A stretch of 27,701 nt of DNA from Pseudomonadota bacterium (GCA_043804515.1 JAZDIZ010000175.1:1-27701); one strand, 5' to 3'; counted from the first letter of the stretch, positions 1 to 9,929 are shown. The notes: generated by a model not told the origin, from the letters alone. Numbers and translations are program-made.

Positions 1-3000
1 CGACGTACCCGCCGTTTGTGACCCGTTGAGATTTCCCAGAATATGAGGCTCAAGCTTGCTGTAGTTTCCCCAGACAATGGAGCCCTTACCTGAAGCTATG
101 GTGAACGTGTTCATGTTGTTCCCGGCATCGATGTTCGTGCAGTTTGTGTCCCCGTCCCGGCTGTCTCCGTCCAGGGCAAAGACGTCGTGATCGTTATACT
201 TGGAATACGTCGCACCCGTGAAAATGTTGGTCTCCGTGGGAGGTCCGCCGGCGCCGTAGGCCGCGCTCTCGTCGGTGAACGTGCCGTCGGTCCAGAAACG
301 GCCGCGCGACATTTCGGTCAGGACCTGTTCGGCCAGCTTGGAAGGACTTGAAAGTTCTTCGGGCACCAGAAAATCGTCCGGAGCGTCGGGCACCATGTCG
401 GGATCGCCCCCCATGGCCACCTGGCAGTTCAATGTCGGACCGTTCGTGCCTCTTGGGTCGTAGACGGGATCGGTTGCGGGATAGCCGGACACGTTTTTGA
501 GAACTTCCCGGGCGAACAGAACATCCGGGTAGAGGCTGTCGAAGAGGTACGGAAATGTCATGAACGCCCCTGACCAACCGTATTCCCCCAAGCTTGACGG
601 GGAGCTCTCCAGTGACATTACGGGATAACTCCCGGAATCGTCATATCCGCCGGTTTCGAAGCCCAACGGCAAGTTGTCGGGATCCACCAAAGCCGGGGTG
701 CCCGGGAAGTTCGTGCAGTCACCGCCGTTGATCCGGTCCGCCTCGTCGCCATAGTTCACCGTACCGTGGAGCAAGGCCACATCGTTCGGTTCCATGGGTG
801 TGTGGTGGAATCGCTGGTCGATCACCTCAACCCCTTCAAGGAGAGAAACCAACGGATCCGAATGGCATCTGTTCACCCCATCCTCAGCGGGGCCCGGCAC
901 GCCCAGATCCGTATCAAAAGCGAGTGTGGAGTCATCGTCTCCGCACGGAAGCGACGAGACCATCCATCGGTACTGAGGCCGCGACTCGAACGTAGCATCC
1001 GCCGGTAAACCCAGAGCCACATGGTTAGTTTGAAGAAAGGCGGTGATCGCGGGGCCCCGATCCGGATGCGGGACGTACGGGTACGGAACATCCTTCGAGG
1101 ACACGATGGCCAGCATCGGCTTGATGCCGCTTGTGTTGACGCCGTTGTCGAACTGCCTCCGGACGGTCACGGCGAGGTACCCCTCTTTGCCTCCCAGGCC
1201 CAACCCCGACGGGACGACGAATTCATATTTGTCCGTGTCGGGAACGTCGGTGAGCGCACAGCTCTCCGGGATCTTGGCGGGGTTGGAAGGACAGACATAG
1301 ACTTGGCTGGCCGGATCGATCCTGCCGACGATGGAAAGGAAATCCTTGGAACGGACGTCCGCGTCGGTGTCCTCCTCCAGGTGGGTCAGGTCGACCTTCT
1401 TCGCGATTCCCACCGCATCTGTCCAGTAAGGGTTGGGGCCGGCGGTGTCCAGATCCTCGGCGTGCTGGTCGATCGAACCGAAAAGGCTTTCGGCATAAAC
1501 GTGCGGATAGGCGCGGGTACCCGCAAGATCCGTGCGGCGCACGAGGAATCCCTGGACCAAGTCTGAGGACGTATTGAGGGAGAGAGTCTGCTCCAATTGG
1601 AAGAGCCCCGCCAGCCTCACGTACATCGCGGAAAACGGCGCAACGTACCCGAAGAGCACGTTGCCGGGAGCCCAGACATGTTCGTCCGCGTTTTCGAAAA
1701 GGAATTTTTCGTCTCCTTCCGAGAAATATAGGTTCAGGTCGAGGCCTACGGCGTTCCCCGTGGCGCCGGTCCGGACCGAACCGCTCCCGGTATCGATGTC
1801 GGAGCCGTAAGCCGTCGGGTCTTGCCCGAGGAAATACTTCACGGCCGTCTGGCCTGCCTGCTGAAGATCGGCTCGATGCGTGCCGCTCGTGACGATCCCG
1901 ATCGTCCAATCCTTGAACATCGCCTGGAATTCGGTCTCCTGGGTCGCGTCGAACGGAAAAACCGCCGCGTTCTCGAGGTTGGCGGTCCCGGTCAGATTGG
2001 ACTGAACCAGCGTCGTCAGAACGCTCATTTCCTGGTCAAACTGGCTGCCCGGAAGGGTTCCCAGGCCCTGGTCGGCCGTCGAATCCATCTGCGATTGCAG
2101 GTAATAAAGCATGAACAGGTACGGCCCTCCGGCACGAAGGGCACACTTGAGGTCCGCGCTCAAGCGCAGGTCCCAGATTTGCGGCGCGGCGAGATAGACG
2201 TAAACACCCGGACGCCAGATGTTGAATCCAGCCAGGTCCGCCATGAGTGCGCCCATGCCGTCGTCGATCCAGCCGTCTTCCGCGTTTCCCGCTGCGATCA
2301 GGACGTGCTGGTTGAAACTGATGATGGCCTGGAACTGGAACGCGATCCACGCGTTGAGGACCTTGTTGACGTACGTGGCGGCCGAAATGTTGAGCGAGCC
2401 CCGCAGCTCACCGATCCGATAGTTCTCTCCCGAGTCCGGAGCGAAAACGAAGATCGTCTCGCTCTCGTTCGAGCCGGGATTCGCCACGGGATCAAAGGGC
2501 TCGAGGTTCCGGTGGTCGGTGTAGGATTCCTTGCGCAGGAAGCTGTTGAGGATCGGCGTGATGACGACGTTGATCTTCCCGTCCCCGTCCACATCGGAAG
2601 GGGCTCCCAGGATCGTGGTCTCCAAAGGATAGATGTTGTTGTCGAACGTGCTGGCGATGGCGTCCAAATCGGCTTTGAGTAAGCAGTCGGCGGGTTCCCG
2701 TGTGGCCGCGCAAGCGCCAGTGGTGGCCCCGTAGAGCACGTCACGGTCGACGAAGATGTTGATGTGGGTTCCCTGGGCCCGAAGGATCGCAGTCGTGTCG
2801 CAGAACGTATCCACGTTGTCGCGGTCGCAGCGGACCCAGAACCGATGCTCATCTCCCACAGTCAGGGCCGTTTGGAGGGAGCGGGTGCCGAGGGCCGAAT
2901 CGGCCGTTGGAGATCCGGGCGAACGGGCGAGCACGGTCGCGATCTGGTTCATCGCGGTCGGCCCCGCGGAGAAGCCGGACCGCTCGGCCGGCTGGACGGG

Positions 3001-3426
3001 GGCTTTCACTTTTCCGTCGTCCGTCAGTCGGCGCCCAAGAGACACAGCGGATGCGGGAGGCGATGCCTCGACCGGCGCATCGATCCGGAATGTGCCGGCC
3101 GTGGCCGACGTGTTGTACATGATCAGCGTGTATTCCTCCCGGCGGTTGTCTTTGGGAGCCGCGCACGGCGTGCCGTCCACGATGAGGGGGAACCGGGCTT
3201 TGGTGCTATCGATGTCGACTCGGGCCACGTCACCCGCTGCGCAGAGGCCGGGTGTGTCCCCGATCACGACCGTTCCGTCTCCACCCGGGGGAACCGGCGT
3301 CGGGGTGGGGGTGGGGGTATTCGTCGATGCAGGATTCACGTTCCCGCCGGAACATCCGGCAAGCACGGAGAGAGCCGCCCATGCACTAAGCGCGAAGAGA
3401 GTTGAAAGCGACGATCGTCGAGGCAT
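1..3426 (-). CDS. Large lipoprotein (>1142 aa, 3' end outside window) with an M30/hyicolysin-like peptidase domain lacking the catalytic motif
   Basis: Manual translation from ATG 3426 (GGAGG RBS upstream) stays open to position 1; absent from the ORF track because there is no stop in the window. N-terminus MPRRSSLSTLFALSAWAALSVLAG-C (lipobox), then a TPTPTPTP linker, then GTHINIFVD...FDNNIYP...GAPSDVDGDGKINVVITP...AFQFQAIISFNQH...EDGWIDDGMG. Confidence 0.85.
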   Translation of the reverse strand, partial: MPRRSSLSTLFALSAWAALSVLAGCSGGNVNPASTNTPTPTPTPVPPGGDGTVVIGDTPGLCAAGDVARVDIDSTKARFPLIVDGTPCAAPKDNRREEYTLIMYNTSATAGTFRIDAPVEASPPASAVSLGRRLTDDGKVKAPVQPAERSGFSAGPTAMNQIATVLARSPGSPTADSALGTRSLQTALTVGDEHRFWVRCDRDNVDTFCDTTAILRAQGTHINIFVDRDVLYGATTGACAATREPADCLLKADLDAIASTFDNNIYPLETTILGAPSDVDGDGKINVVITPILNSFLRKESYTDHRNLEPFDPVANPGSNESETIFVFAPDSGENYRIGELRGSLNISAATYVNKVLNAWIAFQFQAIISFNQHVLIAAGNAEDGWIDDGMGALMADLAGFNIWRPGVYVYLAAPQIWDLRLSADLKCALRAGGPYLFMLYYLQSQMDSTADQGLGTLPGSQFDQEMSVLTTLVQSNLTGTANLENAAVFPFDATQETEFQAMFKDWTIGIVTSGTHRADLQQAGQTAVKYFLGQDPTAYGSDIDTGSGSVRTGATGNAVGLDLNLYFSEGDEKFLFENADEHVWAPGNVLFGYVAPFSAMYVRLAGLFQLEQTLSLNTSSDLVQGFLVRRTDLAGTRAYPHVYAESLFGSIDQHAEDLDTAGPNPYWTDAVGIAKKVDLTHLEEDTDADVRSKDFLSIVGRIDPASQVYVCPSNPAKIPESCALTDVPDTDKYEFVVPSGLGLGGKEGYLAVTVRRQFDNGVNTSGIKPMLAIVSSKDVPYPYVPHPDRGPAITAFLQTNHVALGLPADATFESRPQYRWMVSSLPCGDDDSTLAFDTDLGVPGPAEDGVNRCHSDPLVSLLEGVEVIDQRFHHTPMEPNDVALLHGTVNYGDEADRINGGDCTNFPGTPALVDPDNLPLGFETGGYDDSGSYPVMSLESSPSSLGEYGWSGAFMTFPYLFDSLYPDVLFAREVLKNVSGYPATDPVYDPRGTNGPTLNCQVAMGGDPDMVPDAPDDFLVPEELSSPSKLAEQVLTEMSRGRFWTDGTFTDESAAYGAGGPPTETNIFTGATYSKYNDHDVFALDGDSRDGDTNCTNIDAGNNMNTFTIASGKGSIVWGNYSKLEPHILGNLNGSQTAGTS

Positions 3427-3635
3427 GGAGTCCTCCGTACATTCCAACGTGGTGGCCCACGTCGAAGAGATTGGTTGATGAATCCGCTGAGGAGCCGTAA
3501 GGTATTGAATAACTTAAACAATATAACGGAGCCTGCCCCACCCTGTCAACGACCCGGACCATACCTAGCTTCGGAATTTCGCTTGCGGCCGATCTTCCCG
3601 TCGGGGGTTCGCTCGCCCAAACCCCGGCTTACGTC

Positions 3636-5144
3636 GTGATGCTGTGGGCGCTCGCCCACGATTTCGCCGGACGCTTGGAGTTCGCCCGTGGCCATCGACA
3701 GAAGCACGTTTTCGTAAATCAGGGTTCCGTGCTCGGCGTGCGCTCCAATCTTCTGCCTGAAGGCCTGGACATGGTGTTGGGGCGTGGAATTTTGCCCGCG
3801 GCGGATGTGGCCTCGCTGCAGGCGGAGGCTTCCCGGGATCCGTCCCGGGATTTTGACCGAGGCATCGCGTCAGCCGCCGTGCGTCGGCGGTTCTTGGATC
3901 CCGCCCGCCTCCGGTACGTCCTGGGCCTTGCGGTCGAAGAACGCCTCCTCAACCTGATGGGCTGGTTCGAGGGGGAATATGCGTTAAAGACGTCGGACGA
4001 AGTGCCCGCGTTGCTCCACGGAACGCCTTCAACTTCGTTGCGAGAGTTGTTCCAAAGTGTCGAGCGGTTCATCGTGGACGGCGAATCGAAGTTCAAGGTG
4101 GGCGACGCCGAACCGGGGCCTTCCACGGGCGATTTGCGTGCGTCGGGGGGGGCCGCGCTTCTGGCTGTTCTTTGCCGACGCAAAGCCACGGGCCAACTAA
4201 TTTTTGAACGCGGCCCGCGCAGAAAGCTGTTCGTCTTTGAAGACGGGAGAATCGTTTCGGCCGCGTCCACGGATCCTGGGGAGACCTTGGCCGCGGTTCT
4301 CAAACGCTGGAGATATCTGGGCGCGGATGCTGTCGATAAGCTCGAATCGACTCTCCGATCCCAGGGAGGAAAATTCCGTCAGATCATTCTCAAAGAGCGC
4401 CTTCTCACCGAGGAGGACCTCCGGTCCGCTTTGGTCACGCTCCACGCGGAGAGGGTCCTGGAGGCGTTTTCCTGGCGGTCCGGGAAATACGATTTTCGCG
4501 GTGCTCTTAAGAGTCCCCGGAGGGAAGAGGCCCCTCCTCCCCCGTCGCCGGAAATCCCTGTTTCCGCGGAGGCGGCCGCGTCGGAGTCCATCCATTTTAT
4601 GCAAACCGGCCGGGGAGAGGTGCGCCCTCAGGCGTCGCTTTTCGATCCGGTTTTCACGCCGCACGTTCGTTCGGTGGTTCTTCTGGGTTCGCAAGAGGAT
4701 CCCGTCGAAACGAGCGCGGCTCGGAGCGCCGTCGAGGACTGGAGGCAAGACGGTCTCCGCGCGGCTCTGGTCCGATTGGATCCGGTGGGTGTCTCCGGAG
4801 CCGTCGAAACCGGAGACAACGCCGAGATCCATGTGGCGTCAGGTTCCCGAGACGAACTGGAAACGCGGGTGAGAGAACTCGAGGCGAGGTACGAAAGGCT
4901 CATCTGGGTCGGGGAAGGCGTCGCTCCGGCGTTTTCAGGCCGGGCTCTCTTTTCCAACGTGATTGTGGATGTGAAAGCGGGCCGGACCGAGAGGGAACGG
5001 TTGAACGAGATCCTTGCCGGGATTCCCGAGGGGGTCTCCCGCTATTTCTTTTTCCGGGAATCGGCCTGGTCGAGCAGGCTCTCCAAAGCTCGCGGCTGGA
5101 TTGAGGCTTTGGGGGCTAGGCTTCGACTGCGTCACCGATCGTGA
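3636..5144 (+). CDS. Tandem DUF4388 (PATAN-like) domain protein; true start possibly upstream (frame open from 3513)
   Basis: Two repeats: AGRLEFARGHRQKHVFVNQGSVLGVRSN...LMGWFEGEY and TGQLIFERGPRRKLFVFEDGRIVSAAST...AFSWRSGKYDF. In-frame GSLAQTP just upstream of the GTG looks like the start of the first domain. Confidence 0.75.
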   Translation: MMLWALAHDFAGRLEFARGHRQKHVFVNQGSVLGVRSNLLPEGLDMVLGRGILPAADVASLQAEASRDPSRDFDRGIASAAVRRRFLDPARLRYVLGLAVEERLLNLMGWFEGEYALKTSDEVPALLHGTPSTSLRELFQSVERFIVDGESKFKVGDAEPGPSTGDLRASGGAALLAVLCRRKATGQLIFERGPRRKLFVFEDGRIVSAASTDPGETLAAVLKRWRYLGADAVDKLESTLRSQGGKFRQIILKERLLTEEDLRSALVTLHAERVLEAFSWRSGKYDFRGALKSPRREEAPPPPSPEIPVSAEAAASESIHFMQTGRGEVRPQASLFDPVFTPHVRSVVLLGSQEDPVETSAARSAVEDWRQDGLRAALVRLDPVGVSGAVETGDNAEIHVASGSRDELETRVRELEARYERLIWVGEGVAPAFSGRALFSNVIVDVKAGRTERERLNEILAGIPEGVSRYFFFRESAWSSRLSKARGWIEALGARLRLRHRS

Positions 5145-6759
5145 AGTCCAGAACCAGCTTTCGGTTTTCCCGCAGGCTCCACGGTTTCTTCGCTCCCCGT
5201 CGGGCCTCCCGTTTGAACCAGGAATCCTCGAAGAGCGACCGGTACAGATCGAGGGCCTGGCCCCTCTCACCACAAAGGTCCAGCGTGCGCGCCAAATACA
5301 AGCGGTTCTGGGCTTTTCGATAGGCCGTCTCGTGCAGCGTCATAGCCTTTTCGAGAGAGGCCCGGGCGTCTCCGAACCGTTCCCTCTTGAGCGCAACCAG
5401 GCCCAGCATGAACCTCAAAAGCGCGTCGCCGGGAATCAGTCCCACTCCGGCGCGCAGGTACGTTTCCGCCTTTTCCAGGTTCCCCGAGGGAAAATAGGCG
5501 TCATGGGCGAGCGCGTAGCTCCGCCGCCCGTCTTCCGTCGGGCCGGGCGGTTCGGCCGGGAGCTTCGCGTCGGTTTCGAAGGGGCCGGGAAAGCAAGTGA
5601 AGGCTTTGAACTCGGTCTTGGCCGCCGGCGGGCGCCCGTGGGCCACAAATACCGTCCGATGGGCCGGGTCGAAGACAACGGCCGAAACCGTGTGGACCTG
5701 CGAAATCGTCGAGCCGAACGCGCGCTCGGCGTTGAGCACGGGGTCGTACGAATCCCGGAGGAAACGGACCGCTTTTCCGATCGTTGGACTCCCCTCGCCG
5801 GCCAAAAGCTTGGACATGCGCTCGTAACGCGCCCTGCTGTCCATACGGCGCCCGGGCGTGATCCAGTACTCGTGCCGGGCCAGCGCCGGATCCAAAAAAT
5901 GATTCGTGGCCACGAGTTTTCCGTCTTTCATCGAGCGAACGGACAGCGAGTCGGCGTCGCTCTCCAAGACGACGGCGTTTTTCTCCCGGAGCGACGAGAT
6001 CAGGAACGACCAGGCGGCGCCCCTCCTGAAGCTCTTTGCGATATCGACGGCCTGCCCGAGAGACCGCGCCCGGCGCATGATCTCATCACCTATGACCAAC
6101 ACCGGCGCCCCGCGCGAGCTGACCCGGGTCGAATAATTCATGTGAAGCGAAAGCGTGAGGCCTTCCTCGTTCATGGACGTGATCCCCGCCGTATCCACAC
6201 CCAAAGAGCTGACGGAAACGTAACGCTGGGAGTCCGGCGGGGCGTATTCGAGAACCGCAGGAGCGTCGGTCCACGCTTCGCCGCCGGGATAATCCAGCGT
6301 ACGCGCGTGGAGGATGGGAATTTCCGCTTCCTTGGATCCAGCCCAAGCGAACGACGTGCAGCCGAAGTTCAGAAAATCGATCCCGTGCGGCCGGAACAAG
6401 CGGAACCTTTGCGCCAGGAGGTACGAATAAACATCCGGCATCACGCGGGCCCGGAGGATGCGCTCCGTGGGCACGCCGCACCCCTCACTGAAACCCACGG
6501 CCTGCTCCCGGTAGCGGGAGGGAACGGATTCCACGAAAGCCTGCTCCACGGTCTCCCCCACGATCCATCGGAACGCCCGGCGGAGGGAACGGTCCCAGGA
6601 GTGGAGAGGTTGGAAGGAAAGAACGTTCGTGAGGAATTCGGAATAATAATCCAGCGCCCGCGCAGTCCCCGCCTTTTTGAGGGCCGAGCCGTGCGCGCGT
6701 CCCATTTCCTGGTTGGAACCCGAGAGCTGGAGCAGATGTATTCGCGAGGTTTCGAGCAT
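5116..6759 (-). CDS. C45 family (AAT-like, Ntn-hydrolase) peptidase/acyltransferase with C-terminal TPR repeats
   Basis: EMGRAHG N-terminus, G-CTSF autocleavage nucleophile motif, ARTLDY, SMNEEGL, ATNHF, SRARYER; helical TPR-like C-terminus. Confidence 0.85.
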   Translation of the reverse strand: MLETSRIHLLQLSGSNQEMGRAHGSALKKAGTARALDYYSEFLTNVLSFQPLHSWDRSLRRAFRWIVGETVEQAFVESVPSRYREQAVGFSEGCGVPTERILRARVMPDVYSYLLAQRFRLFRPHGIDFLNFGCTSFAWAGSKEAEIPILHARTLDYPGGEAWTDAPAVLEYAPPDSQRYVSVSSLGVDTAGITSMNEEGLTLSLHMNYSTRVSSRGAPVLVIGDEIMRRARSLGQAVDIAKSFRRGAAWSFLISSLREKNAVVLESDADSLSVRSMKDGKLVATNHFLDPALARHEYWITPGRRMDSRARYERMSKLLAGEGSPTIGKAVRFLRDSYDPVLNAERAFGSTISQVHTVSAVVFDPAHRTVFVAHGRPPAAKTEFKAFTCFPGPFETDAKLPAEPPGPTEDGRRSYALAHDAYFPSGNLEKAETYLRAGVGLIPGDALLRFMLGLVALKRERFGDARASLEKAMTLHETAYRKAQNRLYLARTLDLCGERGQALDLYRSLFEDSWFKREARRGAKKPWSLRENRKLVLDFTIGDAVEA

Positions 6760-6948
6760 GAATCGGCTATTAGAACGTCAGTTCGCCAAGTCGGCAAGCT
6801 TGAGATCAATGGGAACGCCCGATGCGTCCGTCCCCGTCTCCGGGGCCCAAAGGTCACGGATGAATCGGCGGATAATGCATTGCGTAGGCACATTTACGAG
6901 CTTCACAGCTTTACAAAGACTTTCCCGCCGGTTACCTCTTGCTTCCCG

Positions 6949-8772
6949 ATGGCGGATCGAGCGCCGGCCCACGCAAGCCCCAAGGAATCGATTTCCGTCG
7001 AGGATCTTTGCCTGCTCGCGAATTCCTTTGTGGAAGAGGAGCGGTTCGACAAAGCCGTCCAGATCTATGAATCCGCGTGCCGGCTCTTCCCCGACAACCT
7101 CACGCTAAAAATCAATTTGGGGCGCGTGCGGAATATCAGGAATCAAACCGTCGATGCCCCTAAGGACGCCCCTCCCGCGAGCTCGCGGGAAAGGTCCAAC
7201 CGCGACTTTTGGGCGAACCGCTATCAAGGCTTGGGGGAGATTTTCCTCAACCAGGGAAAGAAGGAGGAGGCGGAGAGGGTTTTTGAAATCTCGAAGATCA
7301 GCAATCCGAATTTTTATCTTCCGTATTTGAACTTGGGCCGCTTGTACTCGGAGGCCGGGGCTTTCGGGAAGGCCGTCGAAGAATTCGAAGGGGCCAACCG
7401 CCTCAATCCGTTCAACGAGGAAGTCGTGGATCTTCTTGCCGCCGCTTTTTTCCACACCCGCGAATACCGGGAGAGCCTCAAATACGCCGTGGACGGGCTC
7501 ATCCTCTCGGGCGAAATCTCCAGGCCCCAGGACGGGCGCTATCGTTCGAAGATCAAGGCCACGATGGAGAGGATCCCGGGGTTCACAGCCGAGATGCGAA
7601 ACCGGCTGGTCCGGGAACGAAGGAACCGCATCCAGGTCTTGTACGAGGAGCTGTACAAGGAGATCGACGACATCGCGCCGGATGCCGAAATCATTTCACG
7701 CCGGGAAGACGTGTCCGGGGCCCCTGCGCCGAACGAGGAACCCGCGAGGGTTCGGGTGCCCTCGGACCAGGAAATCGATAAGCACACGTATGAGATGGCA
7801 CTGCAGCTCCGGCGCCACCTCATCTTCAGGAACATGGACGACGCCGCCGTACTGAAAGTCGCCCGGTTCACGTCGGAAAAGCGCGTCCCCGCCGGCGACC
7901 TGGTTTACCAGGAGGGGGATCCCTCGTACGGTTTGTACTTCCTGAATCGCGGGAAGGTGGAACTCCAGAAGAACACGCCGTTCGGGCCCATCGTCTTCGC
8001 ATCGTTCGAGCAGGGGGGCTTTTTCGGGGACGACAACCTTTTGTACGGCAGGGAGAGGTATGTGAGCGCGGTGGCGGTCCAGGAAGCGGAACTCCTGTTT
8101 GTGGACAAGGCCGGCCTGACGACAATCTTTGCCCGGGAAAAGGAAATTGCGATCCATTTCTTGTGGTATTTCTGGCAATCCTTGAGCCAACAGATCCGCG
8201 AATCGAAGGAACGGTTGATGGCCTTCGTTTCGGCGCCGATCGACAAAACTCGGCAGGAGCCCCTGAATGTCCAGGAAAAGGCCGGAAAAAGGCCCGCCCG
8301 CGCGGAACTCGACAAAAAGATGGAAGTTCTTAACGCGCAGGGCCTCTCCCCCGCTGAGCTGGATCTTCTGGCCCGGTTCAGCCACGAGGAGGCCTTCAAT
8401 CGCGGGGACGTGATCTTCCGCGAAGGGGACGCCGGCGACCGCTTTTACGTCATTCGGGAAGGAGCGGTTCTGATCAGCAGGCAGGCCAAGGGGTGCGCGG
8501 AGGAGGCCCTGGCCGTGCTCAAGAAGGGGGATTTCTTCGGGGAGATCGCGTTGGTCGGGAACCGCCATCGCCGTTTCGCCGACGCGCGCGCGCAGGAGCA
8601 GGGAACGCGGGTTCTTGTGGTGACCGCCGAGGGATTTCGGGAGATCCTTTCCATCGACACGGATTCGGCGTACCAGATCCTCCGCATTCTGTGCCGGATC
8701 CTGACGCGAAGGCTGGCGGAAATGAACGAGACGCTCTACGAATGGCGGCTCATGTCCGGAGGCTCTCACTGA
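6949..8772 (+). CDS. TPR-repeat protein with two cyclic-nucleotide-binding (cNMP) domains, 607 aa
   Basis: Probable real start MADRAPAH at ATG 6949 inside the 1252-aa ORF. TPR motifs (NPNFYLPYLNLGRLY). cNMP domains VYQEGD..LYFLNRGKV..FFGD..R and IFREGDAGDRFYVIREGAV..FFGEIAL..R. Confidence 0.85.
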   Translation: MADRAPAHASPKESISVEDLCLLANSFVEEERFDKAVQIYESACRLFPDNLTLKINLGRVRNIRNQTVDAPKDAPPASSRERSNRDFWANRYQGLGEIFLNQGKKEEAERVFEISKISNPNFYLPYLNLGRLYSEAGAFGKAVEEFEGANRLNPFNEEVVDLLAAAFFHTREYRESLKYAVDGLILSGEISRPQDGRYRSKIKATMERIPGFTAEMRNRLVRERRNRIQVLYEELYKEIDDIAPDAEIISRREDVSGAPAPNEEPARVRVPSDQEIDKHTYEMALQLRRHLIFRNMDDAAVLKVARFTSEKRVPAGDLVYQEGDPSYGLYFLNRGKVELQKNTPFGPIVFASFEQGGFFGDDNLLYGRERYVSAVAVQEAELLFVDKAGLTTIFAREKEIAIHFLWYFWQSLSQQIRESKERLMAFVSAPIDKTRQEPLNVQEKAGKRPARAELDKKMEVLNAQGLSPAELDLLARFSHEEAFNRGDVIFREGDAGDRFYVIREGAVLISRQAKGCAEEALAVLKKGDFFGEIALVGNRHRRFADARAQEQGTRVLVVTAEGFREILSIDTDSAYQILRILCRILTRRLAEMNETLYEWRLMSGGSH

Positions 8773-9269
8773 TCGGAAAACTCCTTCCCCTGTTCGCCCT
8801 TGTCCTTGTCGCGGCCTGCAGTTCGGACGGGTCGGGCCCCGGAATTTCAAGCGTGGCCTGGACCGGGACGGCGAACGGTTCGTCGGCCGAATTCCTCGTT
8901 ACATCCCAGTCGGCTCAGATCGAATCGGACGGAGACGTATCTCTTCTCTTCGGCGGGCAGGAAACGGGCGAGGAATTCACGATGCGCTTGGATGTGGGCG
9001 GAGGCCGGGCAGCGACGATTCCTCCGGATCAGCCGTCCACCGTCCAGATCGGGTCATCATCCGTGAACCTGAACCTATATCTGGGGACGTCTCATTACCG
9101 CGGGACGTCGGGATCCGTCACGTTTACGAAATTTGAAACGCTCCCCGGGGGGTCCTTGAGCGGAAACCTGGATGTGGGATTGGTCCCGCTCCAAGGCTCG
9201 GGGTCGGTGACGATGAACGGGGACTTCACGGCGCCGGTGGTGACACCGACACCCACGGCAACGCCTTAA
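8742..9269 (+). CDS. Small beta-rich lipoprotein of unknown function
   Basis: LLPLFALVLVAA-C lipobox; C-terminal TPTPTATP. Start is either ATG 8742 or CTG 8769 (GGAGG 6 nt upstream, overlapping the upstream TGA). Confidence 0.7.
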   Translation: MAAHVRRLSLIGKLLPLFALVLVAACSSDGSGPGISSVAWTGTANGSSAEFLVTSQSAQIESDGDVSLLFGGQETGEEFTMRLDVGGGRAATIPPDQPSTVQIGSSSVNLNLYLGTSHYRGTSGSVTFTKFETLPGGSLSGNLDVGLVPLQGSGSVTMNGDFTAPVVTPTPTATP

Positions 9270-9297
9270 CAAGTCGCTGAAAAAGGGCTGGCGGAAC

Positions 9298-9492
9298 CTA
9301 TCGCAGGCTCGCCTCGATCTTGAGCTTCCTCTCGATATGCCGGAGTTCCTGCTCTTCGACGAACGTGAGGGGCACTCGCTCCCGCCGCGCAAGCGAACGC
9401 AGAACCCCGATTTCCCCGAGCGTCAATCTCCCCTGCCTCATAAGGCAGAGTCGCACCCGCTCTTCTGTTTCCGGTTCGAAAGGCATTCCCAC
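9298..9492 (-). CDS. Small hypothetical protein (~62-64 aa, helical)
   Basis: Fills the gap downstream of the 109-aa ORF on the same strand; protein-like E/R/L-rich composition; no family recognised. Confidence 0.45.
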   Translation of the reverse strand: MGMPFEPETEERVRLCLMRQGRLTLGEIGVLRSLARRERVPLTFVEEQELRHIERKLKIEASLR

Positions 9493-9540
9493 CGGCGAGT
9501 ATCACCCCACAGAAAGGGAATGAAAGAAAAAGTACGCGGT

Positions 9541-9870
9541 CTAGAACCGGGGCCTGGGCAGCGTCGACCTGGTGGAGAACGTGTTGATGCGCGTACCGCC
9601 GAAAGATTTGGTCGGCTGGGTCAGCTTCGGTTTAGCAGAAACGGCTCCCTCGGGCGAGGAGGCTGCCACTGTCGTGACCATGGCTTCCGGCATATCGCTT
9701 CTCAAAAATTGCCTGGGATTGGCCTTCGCCAGAATGACCCGTTCCAGATCCCTGACCAATTTTTGGCGCCGTACACCTTGATAAACCACGGTGTACCGGG
9801 CGGCGGTCCGGCGAAGCTCGAAGAAGTCCATGCTGTTCAACATCATTTTTGTAATCTCTTGAAACGTCAT
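9541..9870 (-). CDS. Small basic hypothetical protein, possible Rho-N/HEH-like N-terminal motif
   Basis: AAGGAG RBS and sigma54-like promoter upstream; MDFFELRRTAARYTVVYQGVRRQKLVRDL pattern. Confidence 0.7.
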   Translation of the reverse strand: MTFQEITKMMLNSMDFFELRRTAARYTVVYQGVRRQKLVRDLERVILAKANPRQFLRSDMPEAMVTTVAASSPEGAVSAKPKLTQPTKSFGGTRINTFSTRSTLPRPRF

Positions 9871-9929
9871 ATGCGCGTCTCCTTCTTGCTCGTTGTTTCT
9901 GTCAGCCTCATCTCTCTTAAGTAACGCAT

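Noticed and set aside
194..3521. Many short ORFs on both strands over 1-3426
   Set aside because: Shadows or alternative frames of the single open lipoprotein frame.
5014..6948. N-terminal ~645 aa of the 1252-aa + strand ORF
   Set aside because: Antisense shadow of the C45 gene; recognisable TPR/cNMP sequence begins only at ATG 6949.
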